DNA from: Arenicellales bacterium
GTDB taxonomy: Bacteria; Pseudomonadota; Gammaproteobacteria; Arenicellales; Poriferihabitantaceae
Length of the DNA: 64,000 nt
Assembly: GCA_963457535.1 (NCBI GenBank)
Contig: OY734803.1
Coordinates: 334,781 to 398,780, forward strand
Direction: 5' to 3'
Both the position numbers and the translations under genes were made by a program. Each line of letters starts with the position of its first letter. The first letter of the stretch is position 1. Below are positions 9,114 to 17,923 of this stretch, piece after piece. The notes beneath the pieces are model-generated. The model searched no databases and was not told where the DNA came from. It worked only from the letters and a program-made list of their open reading frames with translations.

Positions 9114-10248
9114 CGAGCGCGGAGGGATTGACGGCCTGTTGCATGGGCTTAAGGTGCTCGACCTGTCGCAGTTCATTCCGGGGCCTTACGCCACCCGGCT
9201 GCTGTGCGACCAAGGCGCCGAAGTAATCAAAGTCGAGCCGCCGCAGGGCGACCCGATGCGCCGCCTGTTTTACGACGGGGAAGACGCAATGTCGCCGGTG
9301 TATTGCGCGCTCAACCGCGGCAAGCGCATTTTGTGCATCGACTTAAAAAGCGCGCGCGGCAGGGATATGCTGCTCGAACTCGCGCGCGGCGCCGATGTGC
9401 TGCTGGAATCCTTTCGCCCCGGAGTGATGCGGCGGCTCGGCCTGGACTGGCCGGCGCTGCAGTCCGTCAACCGCGCGCTGGTCTATTGCTCATTGTCCGG
9501 CTACGGCCAGCACGGCTGTTACCGTGAAGTCGCCGGCCACGACATCAATTACTGCGCCGCCGCCGGTTTATACAGTTCGGCGCGGCCGCCATCCAAACCG
9601 GCGTTCGCTTTTCCTCCGCTCGCCGACCACACCGGCGCGATGCTTGCCACTTCCACCATATTGTCGGCCTTGTATGCGCGCGCGCGCGACGGCAACGGGC
9701 GGTTTCTTGATGTCAGCATTTATGAATCGGCGCTGGCGCTTCGCTACATCGGCAATTTGCGCGCGGCCGGCGCCGGCATTCACCACGCGGACTTTCTCGG
9801 CGGCGACGCGGCCTGCTACAACATCTATGCCACCGCCGACGCCCGCTTCATCACCCTCGGCGCGGTCGAGGAAAAATTTTGGCGCGCGTTCTGCGCGGCA
9901 ATGCGCGAGCCAAACTGGGCCTCTCGCCAATACGAAGAGATTCCGCAACACGCGCTGATTGCCGAAGTGCAGGCCCGCTTCGGCGCTGAGCCGCTGGCGC
10001 ATTGGGAGGCGCTGTTGCCGGCCGCGAATTGCTGTTACCAATCGGTGCCGCTCGACCACGAGGTGCTGCGCCATCCGCAGACGCGCGACCGCGGCTTGGA
10101 ATGCGGCAATGACATCCGGTATCCTGCATGGATTGACGGTCAGCCGCCGGCCGCGCCGATTGTGCTGCGGCACATAGACGCCGGCGCCGCGCCCGGCTGG
10201 CTGAGTTCCCAAACAACCGGCACTTCACAATGCCCCACGAAACCATAG
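9094..10248 (+). CDS. Family III CoA-transferase (CaiB/BaiF / alpha-methylacyl-CoA racemase family)
   Basis: LHGLKVLDLSQFIPGPYATRLLCDQGAEVIKVEPP and the later GHDINY motif are typical of this family. The start is taken at the ATG at 9094, which overlaps the previous gene by 20 nt. Confidence 0.85.
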   Translation: MSRRGNNERGGIDGLLHGLKVLDLSQFIPGPYATRLLCDQGAEVIKVEPPQGDPMRRLFYDGEDAMSPVYCALNRGKRILCIDLKSARGRDMLLELARGADVLLESFRPGVMRRLGLDWPALQSVNRALVYCSLSGYGQHGCYREVAGHDINYCAAAGLYSSARPPSKPAFAFPPLADHTGAMLATSTILSALYARARDGNGRFLDVSIYESALALRYIGNLRAAGAGIHHADFLGGDAACYNIYATADARFITLGAVEEKFWRAFCAAMREPNWASRQYEEIPQHALIAEVQARFGAEPLAHWEALLPAANCCYQSVPLDHEVLRHPQTRDRGLECGNDIRYPAWIDGQPPAAPIVLRHIDAGAAPGWLSSQTTGTSQCPTKP

Positions 10249-11015
10249 ACCTGCAAATTGACGAACGCGGCGTCGCTTATCTGCACATGGCGCGCGCGGA
10301 AAAGCACAATGCGCTCAGCGCGCGCATGCTGGATGAGTTGACCGATGCGGCATGCGATTTGGACGGGCGCGCGGAAGTGCGCGCGGTGGTGCTGGGCGGG
10401 CGCGGCGCGAGTTTTTGCGCGGGCGCGGATTTGGGGTGGATGCGCGGCAACCTGGCGCGCGGGCGCGAGGAGCGCATCGCGGAAAGCCGCAGGTTCAGCA
10501 AATTGCTGCGCGCTTTTGACGGCATTTCCAAACTTCTGGTCGCGCGCGTTCACGGGCCCGCGTATGCGGGCGGCGCCGGGCTGGTCGCGGTTTGCGACAT
10601 CGCCATCGGCGCGCGCGAGGCGCGCTTCAGCCTGACCGAGACGCGGCTCGGACTCGCGCCGGCCAACATCGCGCCGGCAATCATCGCGCGCATCGGCGCG
10701 CATAACGCGCGGCGGTGCATGTTGAACGCGCATTTTTTCAACGGCGACGAAGCGGCCGCGCTCGGGTTGCTGGACAAAGCCGTTCCGTCGAATGAGTTGG
10801 ACGCCGCGGTGGAAAGCGAAATCGCCGAGTTGCTGCAATGCGCGCCGGGTGCGGTCGCGACCAGCAAGCAATTAATTAAGCGCGTCGCGGCAAACCAGGC
10901 CGATGAAGACGCCTGCGCAGAATTGCTCGCCGAAATCTGGGAGCGCGAGGAAGCGAAGGAAGGGATCGCCGCGTTTTTTGAAAAACGCCCGGCGAAGTGG
11001 ATGCGGGGGAAGTGA
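10230..11015 (+). CDS. Enoyl-CoA hydratase/isomerase (crotonase) family protein
   Basis: RAVVLGGRGASFCAGADLGWM and GPAYAGGAGLVAVCDIAIG are crotonase oxyanion-hole regions. Confidence 0.9.
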   Translation: MPHETIDLQIDERGVAYLHMARAEKHNALSARMLDELTDAACDLDGRAEVRAVVLGGRGASFCAGADLGWMRGNLARGREERIAESRRFSKLLRAFDGISKLLVARVHGPAYAGGAGLVAVCDIAIGAREARFSLTETRLGLAPANIAPAIIARIGAHNARRCMLNAHFFNGDEAAALGLLDKAVPSNELDAAVESEIAELLQCAPGAVATSKQLIKRVAANQADEDACAELLAEIWEREEAKEGIAAFFEKRPAKWMRGK

Positions 11016-11181
11016 GGCGGGGGACGCGCGGCGCGCGGACAAAAAAATGGCTGACGCCATCGGGGAGATGACGACAGCCTTGCACTACCCCCCAGTGCTA
11101 AAACTGCCAATATTTTGGCGGGCCGGTTTTTCGGCCGGTGGCGCGCAAAACAAGCATCGCGCGACAGGGAGTATTATACGA

Positions 11182-11244
11182 AAAAATCGCCGGGAAAACC
11201 GCCGAAAGAAAAAATAATTTAACTTTTTTTCGGCGGCGATTTTT
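11182..11244. terminator. Imperfect extended palindrome between convergent genes; candidate bidirectional terminator
   Basis: The left arm is aaaaatcg..ccgccgaaa and the right arm is tttcggcgg cgattttt, around an AT-rich loop. A/T runs flank both sides. It lies between a plus-strand gene end (11015) and a minus-strand gene end (11328). Confidence 0.4.
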
Positions 11245-11327
11245 GCCTGAAAAAACCGAAAATTCCGGCAGTTACGCCCGATTCTGCAAACTCCCATCAG
11301 AAACAGCCGGATTCCGGCGGAGGCCGC

Positions 11328-13787
11328 TCAGGCGCGCGGCCGCTCGTTTTGCGGGTCCCAGACCGCCTCCTCCAAGACGGTGATGGAGCGCTCCGCGCCG
11401 AGCAATTCCACGGAAAATCCGCCGGCATTTTTGCCGTCGCCGAGCAGCGCGGCGTCCACATAGGCGAATCCGAGGCTTTTGCCGGTGTAATGCCCGAGCG
11501 CGCCGGAGGTGGTCACGCCGACCGCGCGTCCGCCGTGAAACACCGGCTCGCCGCCGGCGACATCGCAGTCGCCGCTTTCGGCTTCAAAATAGATCAACTT
11601 TTGCGCGCCGTCCGAATTTCGGCCGCGCGACTCCAGCGCCGCTTTTTTGCCGGTGAAATCCGCCTTGTCTTCGGCGAAGAACCGTTCAATGCCGGCGTCA
11701 AAAGGCGTGATTTCATTGGTCAGTTCCGCGCCCCAGCCTTTATAGGCTTTTTCCATGCGCAGCGAGTTGAGCGCATACGCGCCGAAGTTGGCGATGCCAT
11801 GCGCGCCGCCGGCCGACCACACCGCGTCATACACCTCCTGCAACTTCTCCATCGGGCAGTGCAGTTCCCAGCCCAACTCGCCGGCATAGTTGACGCGCAA
11901 TGCGCGCAATTGCGCGCCGGCGATTTCAATTTCGCGCGCGCGCAGCCACGGATGCGCGGCGTTGCTTAAGTCGGCTTTGGTCACTTCGGCCAGCGTCGCG
12001 CGCGACCGCGGGCCCGCGACCACCAGAACGCCGTAATCGCCGGTCACATTTTCAACCGCCGCGTCTTCGCCCGGCTTCACGCCGTAACGCAAGATGTCAA
12101 AGTCGCGGTCTTCGCAGAGCGCGCCGGAGAGGATGTAGTAATGCCCGTCGCGCAGCCGCGTCACCGTGGATTCGCCGATGATGCGCCCCTGCTCCGACAA
12201 ATAGTGCGTCAGCACGATGCCGCCGTCGCGCGCCGGCATGCGGTTTGCGCTGATGCGGTTCAGCAGCGTTTCGGCGCCGCCGCCGCGCACTTCGTATTTG
12301 GCGAAGCCGGACAAATCAATCACGCCGACGCGCTCGCGCACCGCGCGGCATTCTTCGGCAACCACATCCATGATGTTGTTGTGGCGAAAGCCGGGCTGCT
12401 CTTCGCGGCCGTCCGGCGAAAACCACTTCGGCCGCTCCCAGCCGTTGGCTTCGGTGTACACCGCGCCCTGCTCGGCGAGGCGCGCATACAGCGGCGTAAC
12501 CCGCGCTTTGCGCGAGGCCGGGCGCTCTTCGCCGGGCAAATGCAGCGCGTACATGTGCTCGTAGTCCTGGTGCGATTTCGCCTTGGTGTAAGCGCCGGGC
12601 GCGTAATCGCCGAAGCGGCGCGGATCCACGCCGGCCATGTTGATTTCGGAATCGCCGTGCACCATCCACTGCGCCAGGTATTTTCCCGAGCCGGCGCCGG
12701 CCGCGATGCCGATGGAGGCGCCGTTGCAGTGCCAGTAATTGCGCAGACCGGCCGCCGGACCCAGCAGCGGGTTCGCGTCCGGCGTGTGCGGAATCGCGCC
12801 GCACACCGCGCGGCGAATGCCGAGGTTGGCCCACTCCGGTTTGCGCTCCATCACGCGCTCTATGTAGGGCGCGAGATGATCAAAGTCCGCTTCAAACAAT
12901 TCGTTCTGCGATTCCCATTCGGGCCAGCCGCCGCGCTCGCTCCAGCATTCCTGCGAGTTCGCGGTTTCGTAAATTCCGATCAGCGCGGATTTTTGCTCCT
13001 GCCGAAAATACGAGGATGCATACGGGTCGCGCATCACCGGCATCTCGCCGTCGCGCGCGGCGAATTCCGGCGCCGGCTCGGTGACGACATAGGTGTGTTT
13101 CATGTTGGTGATCGGGATGTCGGTGCCGGCCATGCGGCTGACCTCGCGCGCATAACAGCCGGCCGCGTTGACCACCATTTCGCAGACCACCGCGCCATGC
13201 TCGGTCTGCACTTCCCATTCGCCGGACGGGCGCATTTTTATGCCGGTAACGCGCGTGTGCGGAACGGCGCGCGCGCCGAGTTGTTTCGCGCCGGCGGCCA
13301 TCGCGTTGCACACGCCGGCCGGATCAACATGCCCGTCGTCGGTGGTCCACGCGCCGGCGAGCACGCCGTCGGTGACCACGCCCGGGCAGAGTTGCGCGAT
13401 TTTCGCCGGGTCTATGATTTCGCAGCCGAAACCGATCAGTTTGCCGACCGCGGCGACGCGGTGAAACCACTCCACCTCGGCCGGCTTCAGCGCAAAGCGA
13501 ATCGCGCCGCAGCCGTGCCAACTGACATATTGCCCGGTCAATTTTTCCAGTTGCGGATAGAGGCGCACGCCGTAGTTGTGGATTTTCGCCATGTTGTAAT
13601 CGGCGATAAAACTCGGGCAAAGCCCGGCCGCGTGCCAGGTGGAGCCGGAAGTCAGTTCGCCTTTTTCCAGCAACAGGCAGTCCTTCCAGCCTTCCAGCGC
13701 GAGGTGATAGAGCAGCCCGGCGCCCATGACGCCGCCGCCGACTATGACGACGCGGGCTTGGGTGGGGAGGGTTTTGCTGTCGGTCAT
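11328..13787 (-). CDS. Dimethylglycine/sarcosine dehydrogenase-like protein (FAD oxidoreductase fused to a GcvT aminomethyltransferase/folate-binding domain)
   Basis: 819 aa. The N-terminal dinucleotide fold is VVIVGGGVMGAGLLYHLA. The C-terminal half has GcvT-like segments (VGVIDLSGFAKYEVRG, NYAGELGWELH). Confidence 0.9.
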   Translation of the reverse strand: MTDSKTLPTQARVVIVGGGVMGAGLLYHLALEGWKDCLLLEKGELTSGSTWHAAGLCPSFIADYNMAKIHNYGVRLYPQLEKLTGQYVSWHGCGAIRFALKPAEVEWFHRVAAVGKLIGFGCEIIDPAKIAQLCPGVVTDGVLAGAWTTDDGHVDPAGVCNAMAAGAKQLGARAVPHTRVTGIKMRPSGEWEVQTEHGAVVCEMVVNAAGCYAREVSRMAGTDIPITNMKHTYVVTEPAPEFAARDGEMPVMRDPYASSYFRQEQKSALIGIYETANSQECWSERGGWPEWESQNELFEADFDHLAPYIERVMERKPEWANLGIRRAVCGAIPHTPDANPLLGPAAGLRNYWHCNGASIGIAAGAGSGKYLAQWMVHGDSEINMAGVDPRRFGDYAPGAYTKAKSHQDYEHMYALHLPGEERPASRKARVTPLYARLAEQGAVYTEANGWERPKWFSPDGREEQPGFRHNNIMDVVAEECRAVRERVGVIDLSGFAKYEVRGGGAETLLNRISANRMPARDGGIVLTHYLSEQGRIIGESTVTRLRDGHYYILSGALCEDRDFDILRYGVKPGEDAAVENVTGDYGVLVVAGPRSRATLAEVTKADLSNAAHPWLRAREIEIAGAQLRALRVNYAGELGWELHCPMEKLQEVYDAVWSAGGAHGIANFGAYALNSLRMEKAYKGWGAELTNEITPFDAGIERFFAEDKADFTGKKAALESRGRNSDGAQKLIYFEAESGDCDVAGGEPVFHGGRAVGVTTSGALGHYTGKSLGFAYVDAALLGDGKNAGGFSVELLGAERSITVLEEAVWDPQNERPRA

Positions 13788-13805
13788 ATAGACTTGGAGG
13801 ATAAC

Positions 13806-14171
13806 TTAAATCTTTGCGAACGCAAACAGCGCCTCGATTTGTTTCAGTGCCTCGGCACATTCAGCACATCGATTGTCGATGGAACCCGGAGCTTTTGTCC
13901 TTACACACTGCTGCTCATACTCATCCCATGCATTGTTAAAGGATTTTCGTTTGCGCCGCGGTACATAAGGCTCAAACTGTATTTTTGCCATTTTGTGTTG
14001 TTCGATTGCCTTTTCAGTCAGAATACGAAAAACATCTTCCTTGCCGGCTTGCAGGGCAAGGATCTGCTTTACAAATGCAGCTCGAAATTTTTCGGCCGCA
14101 GACGCGCGACGTTGCTCTTTCGCACCGACTCGGCCAACCACAAACTCAAGAATGGTATTAAAAATGCTCAT
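13806..14171 (-). CDS. Hypothetical protein (121 aa) in an AT-richer cassette
   Basis: This is the only long ORF in the segment. It is co-directional with its neighbours and ends 16 nt upstream of the dehydrogenase ATG. It has a basic PRRKRKS patch and C-x13-C-x2-C. I recognise no family. Confidence 0.55.
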   Translation of the reverse strand: MSIFNTILEFVVGRVGAKEQRRASAAEKFRAAFVKQILALQAGKEDVFRILTEKAIEQHKMAKIQFEPYVPRRKRKSFNNAWDEYEQQCVRTKAPGSIDNRCAECAEALKQIEALFAFAKI

Positions 14172-14266
14172 ACTTAGTTTTCACCAAAGTAATTGCCGCA
14201 CAAAAATTCTACTTGCAAAATTAAATCTATGCACGATACCAATAAAAACTTCGCGGCCACCCTTCC

Positions 14267-14290
14267 GCTACTTATTTCTCTATAAGTAGC
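14267..14290. promoter_or_regulatory. Perfect 9-bp inverted repeat (gctacttat-N6-ataagtagc) spanning the stop codon of the 188-aa ORF
   Basis: Read directly. It could form an RNA hairpin between the two cassette genes. Function unknown. Confidence 0.3.
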
Positions 14291-14838
14291 AGGGTATGAA
14301 CCGCACAGTACGGACAACAGGAGTAAACCCCATCATCGCGCCTTACCAAACGCTTGACAGAGCATACACATTCAATGTAGTTCTCGCAACCCATCGGGGC
14401 TTTAACTATCACAAATCCACGACGCCAATTATGACGCCAAGATGAATCCATTGCAGAAGAGATCCAGAGCGGAGTCTTTTTCTCTTCTGCACGCCACTTA
14501 TCCACAAGTTGCTTCGCATAGGCGCCATACTCTTCCCAGCTCATGACTGGTTCTTCTACTTTGACCAACGCATTGTTCCCGCACAGCGGGCACATCGAAT
14601 ACACTCCCTCCCAATAGCGGACCAACCGCCTTTCACTGTGGTCGCACACATCGAAAGTAAAGCGAGCTGCTTGTTGACCGCGCGCAGTATTCCATTCCAT
14701 TGAGTATCCCAACGGAATGCCGAAAAAACGCTCGCGATGCTTTTTTTCCACGCGCACAGCGTAAACAGAGTAGTCATGGTAGCTCATGACATGAGAGCAT
14801 TCTGGCTGGCCTGCATTTGCCGATTTGCGAGAATTCAT
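14272..14838 (-). CDS. Hypothetical Cys-rich protein (188 aa) with an internally duplicated zinc-ribbon-like module
   Basis: The ATG at 14838 overlaps the MttB-like stop (ATGA); an alternative start is at 14787. Two related segments are present: FDVCDHSERRLVRYWEGVYSMCPLCGNNALV and IECVCSVKRLVRRDDGVYSCCPYCAVHTLL. The DNA is AT-richer than its surroundings. Confidence 0.6.
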   Translation of the reverse strand: MNSRKSANAGQPECSHVMSYHDYSVYAVRVEKKHRERFFGIPLGYSMEWNTARGQQAARFTFDVCDHSERRLVRYWEGVYSMCPLCGNNALVKVEEPVMSWEEYGAYAKQLVDKWRAEEKKTPLWISSAMDSSWRHNWRRGFVIVKAPMGCENYIECVCSVKRLVRRDDGVYSCCPYCAVHTLLLIEK

Positions 14839-16403
14839 TTCGCCATCATACTCCCCCGAGGCAGCAAAATCTCAAACTCCCCCCGAATCTCCGCGTCCAG
14901 TTTCTCCCCGATATGCGCCGGGAAATGCGTCGCCAAAATCTCCCGCGTTTTTTCGCGCGCGGCGGTGTTGACCTGGTGCGCGCCGTTTTCGCGCCATTCA
15001 TCCGGGGTCAGGCGGTCGCCGACCAGCGGGTAGACATAGTCGCGCTGCATGCGCGACAGCGTGTCGTCGTGGCCGAGGAAGTGCTCGGGGCCGCCGATGC
15101 ACACTTCGGAAATGGTTTTGACCGCGAGCGACTGGTCGTCTATTTCAATGCCGCGCACGCTGCGGTTGATCGCGCCGAGCAGGTCGTTGTCCAGAAGCGC
15201 GCCCTCAAAACTAAAGCCGAGCAAACTCGCCTGCATGCCGGCCGCCTCATACACCAGGTTCGCGCCGCTGTGGCCGGCGAGCGCGAGCGTGTAGCCCTTC
15301 TCGTAGCCGGATTGCGCGTCGGGGATTTTGGAATCGGCCATGCCGGCGGCGATGCCGGTCGGCAGGTCGTAATACCGCCCCATCTGCCCGCAGGCGGCCA
15401 TCAGCACCGCCTGCTCGCCGCTGCCGCCGCTCATCGCGCCGGTGCGCAGGTCGGAGACGAAAGGCCAGGGGGCGAAGATCGCCGGGTGGCCGGGGCGCAG
15501 CAAGTTCACATAGGCGAGTCCGCCGAGCACTTCGGCGACTTCCTGCGCGACCGCGCCGGCCAGCGATGCCGGGCTGGTCGCGCCGGCCTGGCCCGCGGCC
15601 AGCAATAAAATCGGCATGCCGCCGTGCACGCAGGTTTCCATCACGCGGCAGGCGTCCTCGGCGAAACGCATCGGCGGCACCACGAAGCAGCACGAGACGC
15701 TGGCGAACGGACGCGCGCGCCATTTGCTTTCGCCGCCGGCGACGCGGTGCAGCATGCGCAGGCCCTCTTCGGCGTGCTGCGGGTCGACATAACTTACGCC
15801 GCAGTGCTTGCGCGTGCCGCTGATGGAAGCGTAGGTGGTGTGCAGGTCCATCGCGCGCGGGCTTTCAATGTCGCGCGCGACCATGCAGCGCTGGAAGAAG
15901 TGAATGTGTTCCAGGCAGTCCACCAGGCGCGCGGCGTCGTAAAGGTCCTGCAGGGTGGATTCGCGGTAGGCGCCCTTGCCGGGGAGGTTGTCATGCGTTT
16001 TCCATTCATCCACGACATGCACGGCCGCGCCGGCCGTGCCGAAATAGACCTTGTTGCCGGACAGATGCATGTCGTGCCGCGGGTCCTGCGCGAACAGCGT
16101 GATGTCGCGCGCCGCGCGCTCCAGCGTCTCGGCGATCATCGCGCGCGGCAGCCGCAGCCGGCCGTCGCGGAAGGTCGCGCCGGCCGCGGTGAACAATTCC
16201 ACGCAGGAGGGAATCGCGCGCGCGAAACCGACATGTTCAAGGATGTCGCGCGCGGCTTCGTCTATGCGGCGGATGTCGTCGTAGCCGAGCGGCAGGTAGC
16301 GCCCGCCGCTTTCGCCGGGGCGCACCGGCTTGCTGTCTTCGGCCAGCGGCGCGGCGCGCAACGCCTTGCGCGCCTCGCGGCCGCCGGCCCGCCGGGCCTT
16401 CAT
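14835..16403 (-). CDS. MttB-superfamily methyltransferase (non-pyrrolysine type; glycine-betaine/quaternary-amine methyltransferase-like)
   Basis: About 520 aa. The characteristic N-terminus is RRAGGREARKALRAAP, and the protein has length and similarity typical of trimethylamine methyltransferase family proteins. There is no internal TAG. The start is taken at 16403 (alternative 16451). Confidence 0.8.
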   Translation of the reverse strand: MKARRAGGREARKALRAAPLAEDSKPVRPGESGGRYLPLGYDDIRRIDEAARDILEHVGFARAIPSCVELFTAAGATFRDGRLRLPRAMIAETLERAARDITLFAQDPRHDMHLSGNKVYFGTAGAAVHVVDEWKTHDNLPGKGAYRESTLQDLYDAARLVDCLEHIHFFQRCMVARDIESPRAMDLHTTYASISGTRKHCGVSYVDPQHAEEGLRMLHRVAGGESKWRARPFASVSCCFVVPPMRFAEDACRVMETCVHGGMPILLLAAGQAGATSPASLAGAVAQEVAEVLGGLAYVNLLRPGHPAIFAPWPFVSDLRTGAMSGGSGEQAVLMAACGQMGRYYDLPTGIAAGMADSKIPDAQSGYEKGYTLALAGHSGANLVYEAAGMQASLLGFSFEGALLDNDLLGAINRSVRGIEIDDQSLAVKTISEVCIGGPEHFLGHDDTLSRMQRDYVYPLVGDRLTPDEWRENGAHQVNTAAREKTREILATHFPAHIGEKLDAEIRGEFEILLPRGSMMAK

Positions 16404-16534
16404 ATGCGGATGTTGGTGCGGGGTTGGTGCATCGCGCAATGATAGCGGCATCGGCGCGCGCCGGCAAGCGGCGGTTGCGCTATACTCCGCCCCCCTTTGG
16501 GCGGCCCCTTTTGGCGCGCCCGCATCCCACGCAA

Positions 16535-17809
16535 ATGCCCGAGATCAATTTCCCCATCGCCGTCGTCCTGCTGCTGCTCGGCGGCGGCATCGGTTTTTTC
16601 ATCGCCCGCCGCGCCGGCCCGGCGCCGGGCGAACTGCAGCGCGCGCGCGAGGATGTGGTGCGCGCCGAGACCAATCTGCAAAACCTGCAGACGCAATTTG
16701 ACCGCGAAAAATCCCGGCTGGAGGAAATCCGCTCGTCCATGGAAAACACCTTCAAGGCGATGGCCGGCGACATCGCGGCGAGCAACACGCGCGTGTTTCT
16801 GGAGCAGGCCACCGAAAAATTCCGGGCGCTCGCCGAAACCTCGGAGAAACAACTGGACGGCAAGCGGGAATTGATCGACAAAACGCTGCGCGGCATGAGC
16901 GAGCATTTGGATTCGCTTCGCCGGCAGTCGGTGGAATTGAAAACCAGCATAGACCAGGGGCGCGACGCCACCAATTCGCTCAGCGCGCACACCGCGCACT
17001 TGCGTGAGATTTTGTCGTCGTCGCAAAAACGCGGGCAATGGGGCGAGCGCATGGTCACCGACATTTTGCAGGTGATCGGCCTGCTGGAAGGAAAAAACTA
17101 CACCCGCCAATCCGCGGTGGAATCGGGCAGGCGCCCGGACTTCACTTTCATTTTGCCGCGCGGGAAAAAACTGAACATGGATGTGAAGTTTCCGCTGGAC
17201 AATTACGAGCGCTACATCGCCGCCGCCGAAAGCGAAGACCGCGGCGCGGGCGAGCAGGCGAAACTCGCGTTCATGCGCGATGTCAAAAACCACATCAGCA
17301 GCGTCAGCGGCCGCGAATACATCAACCCGGCCGAAGGCACGCTGGATTATGTGATGCTGTTCATCCCGAACGAATCCATCTACGGCTTCATCAACAGCGA
17401 AGACAGCAAGTTGGTGGATTTCGCGCTGTCCAAGCGCGTGCTGCTGTGCTCGCCGCTGACGCTGTATGCGGTGTTGTCGCTGATTCACCAGGCGACGCGC
17501 AACTTCATCATGAACGAGCGCGCCTCGGAAGTGATGGACCTGGTCGCGCAGTTTCGCGCGCAATGGGAAAAATACTCGGAACAGATGGACAAACTCGGCC
17601 GCCGCATAGAGGGCCTGAGCGGCGACTACCGCGAACTGGTCAACACCCGCGCGCGCGCGCTGCAGCGGCCGCTGGACAAAATTGAAAACGCCGCGCTCGC
17701 GCAGGAGGACATCGCGGAAGATGCGATTGCCCGGGATGATATTGCCGGGGGCGAAAGCGCGCCCGCGGCCGTGCCGGAATTGCTGCCGCGGCGCGGCGGG
17801 GAGATTTAA
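16535..17809 (+). CDS. rmuC: DNA recombination protein RmuC
   Basis: N-terminal TM segment, long coiled-coil and a C-terminal nuclease-like region (RPDFTFILPRGKKLNMDVKFPL ... DYVMLFIPNESIY) typical of RmuC. The ATG at 16535 avoids overlap with the divergent gene. Confidence 0.85.
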   Translation: MPEINFPIAVVLLLLGGGIGFFIARRAGPAPGELQRAREDVVRAETNLQNLQTQFDREKSRLEEIRSSMENTFKAMAGDIAASNTRVFLEQATEKFRALAETSEKQLDGKRELIDKTLRGMSEHLDSLRRQSVELKTSIDQGRDATNSLSAHTAHLREILSSSQKRGQWGERMVTDILQVIGLLEGKNYTRQSAVESGRRPDFTFILPRGKKLNMDVKFPLDNYERYIAAAESEDRGAGEQAKLAFMRDVKNHISSVSGREYINPAEGTLDYVMLFIPNESIYGFINSEDSKLVDFALSKRVLLCSPLTLYAVLSLIHQATRNFIMNERASEVMDLVAQFRAQWEKYSEQMDKLGRRIEGLSGDYRELVNTRARALQRPLDKIENAALAQEDIAEDAIARDDIAGGESAPAAVPELLPRRGGEI

Positions 17810-17923
17810 CGCGCCCCCCGTTTTTCCTCCACCCCGCTTCCCCCACATTTTTATGCGCATTGGGTATCATGCGCGGTCGCGATACCCGACTCTTTCTCCA
17901 CCCACCACAAAAGGCACCCGTAA

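Noticed and set aside
12141-14177. A 678-aa plus-strand ORF, among the longest in the track.
   Set aside because: It runs antisense to the well-supported dimethylglycine-dehydrogenase-like gene. Its translation is Arg/Ala/Gly-rich with no motifs, typical of shadow ORFs in high-GC DNA. Its tail merely runs on into the AT-rich cassette.
13788-14840. Whether to call the AT-rich cassette (and the methyltransferase insert at 3068-4486) mobile elements.
   Set aside because: No integrase, transposase or recombinase gene, terminal inverted repeat, flanking direct repeat or tRNA target was found. They are reported as compositional anomalies only.
14835-16451. Whether the MttB-family gene is pyrrolysine-encoding.
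   Set aside because: The reading frame is uninterrupted, with no in-frame TAG, so it is a non-Pyl member.
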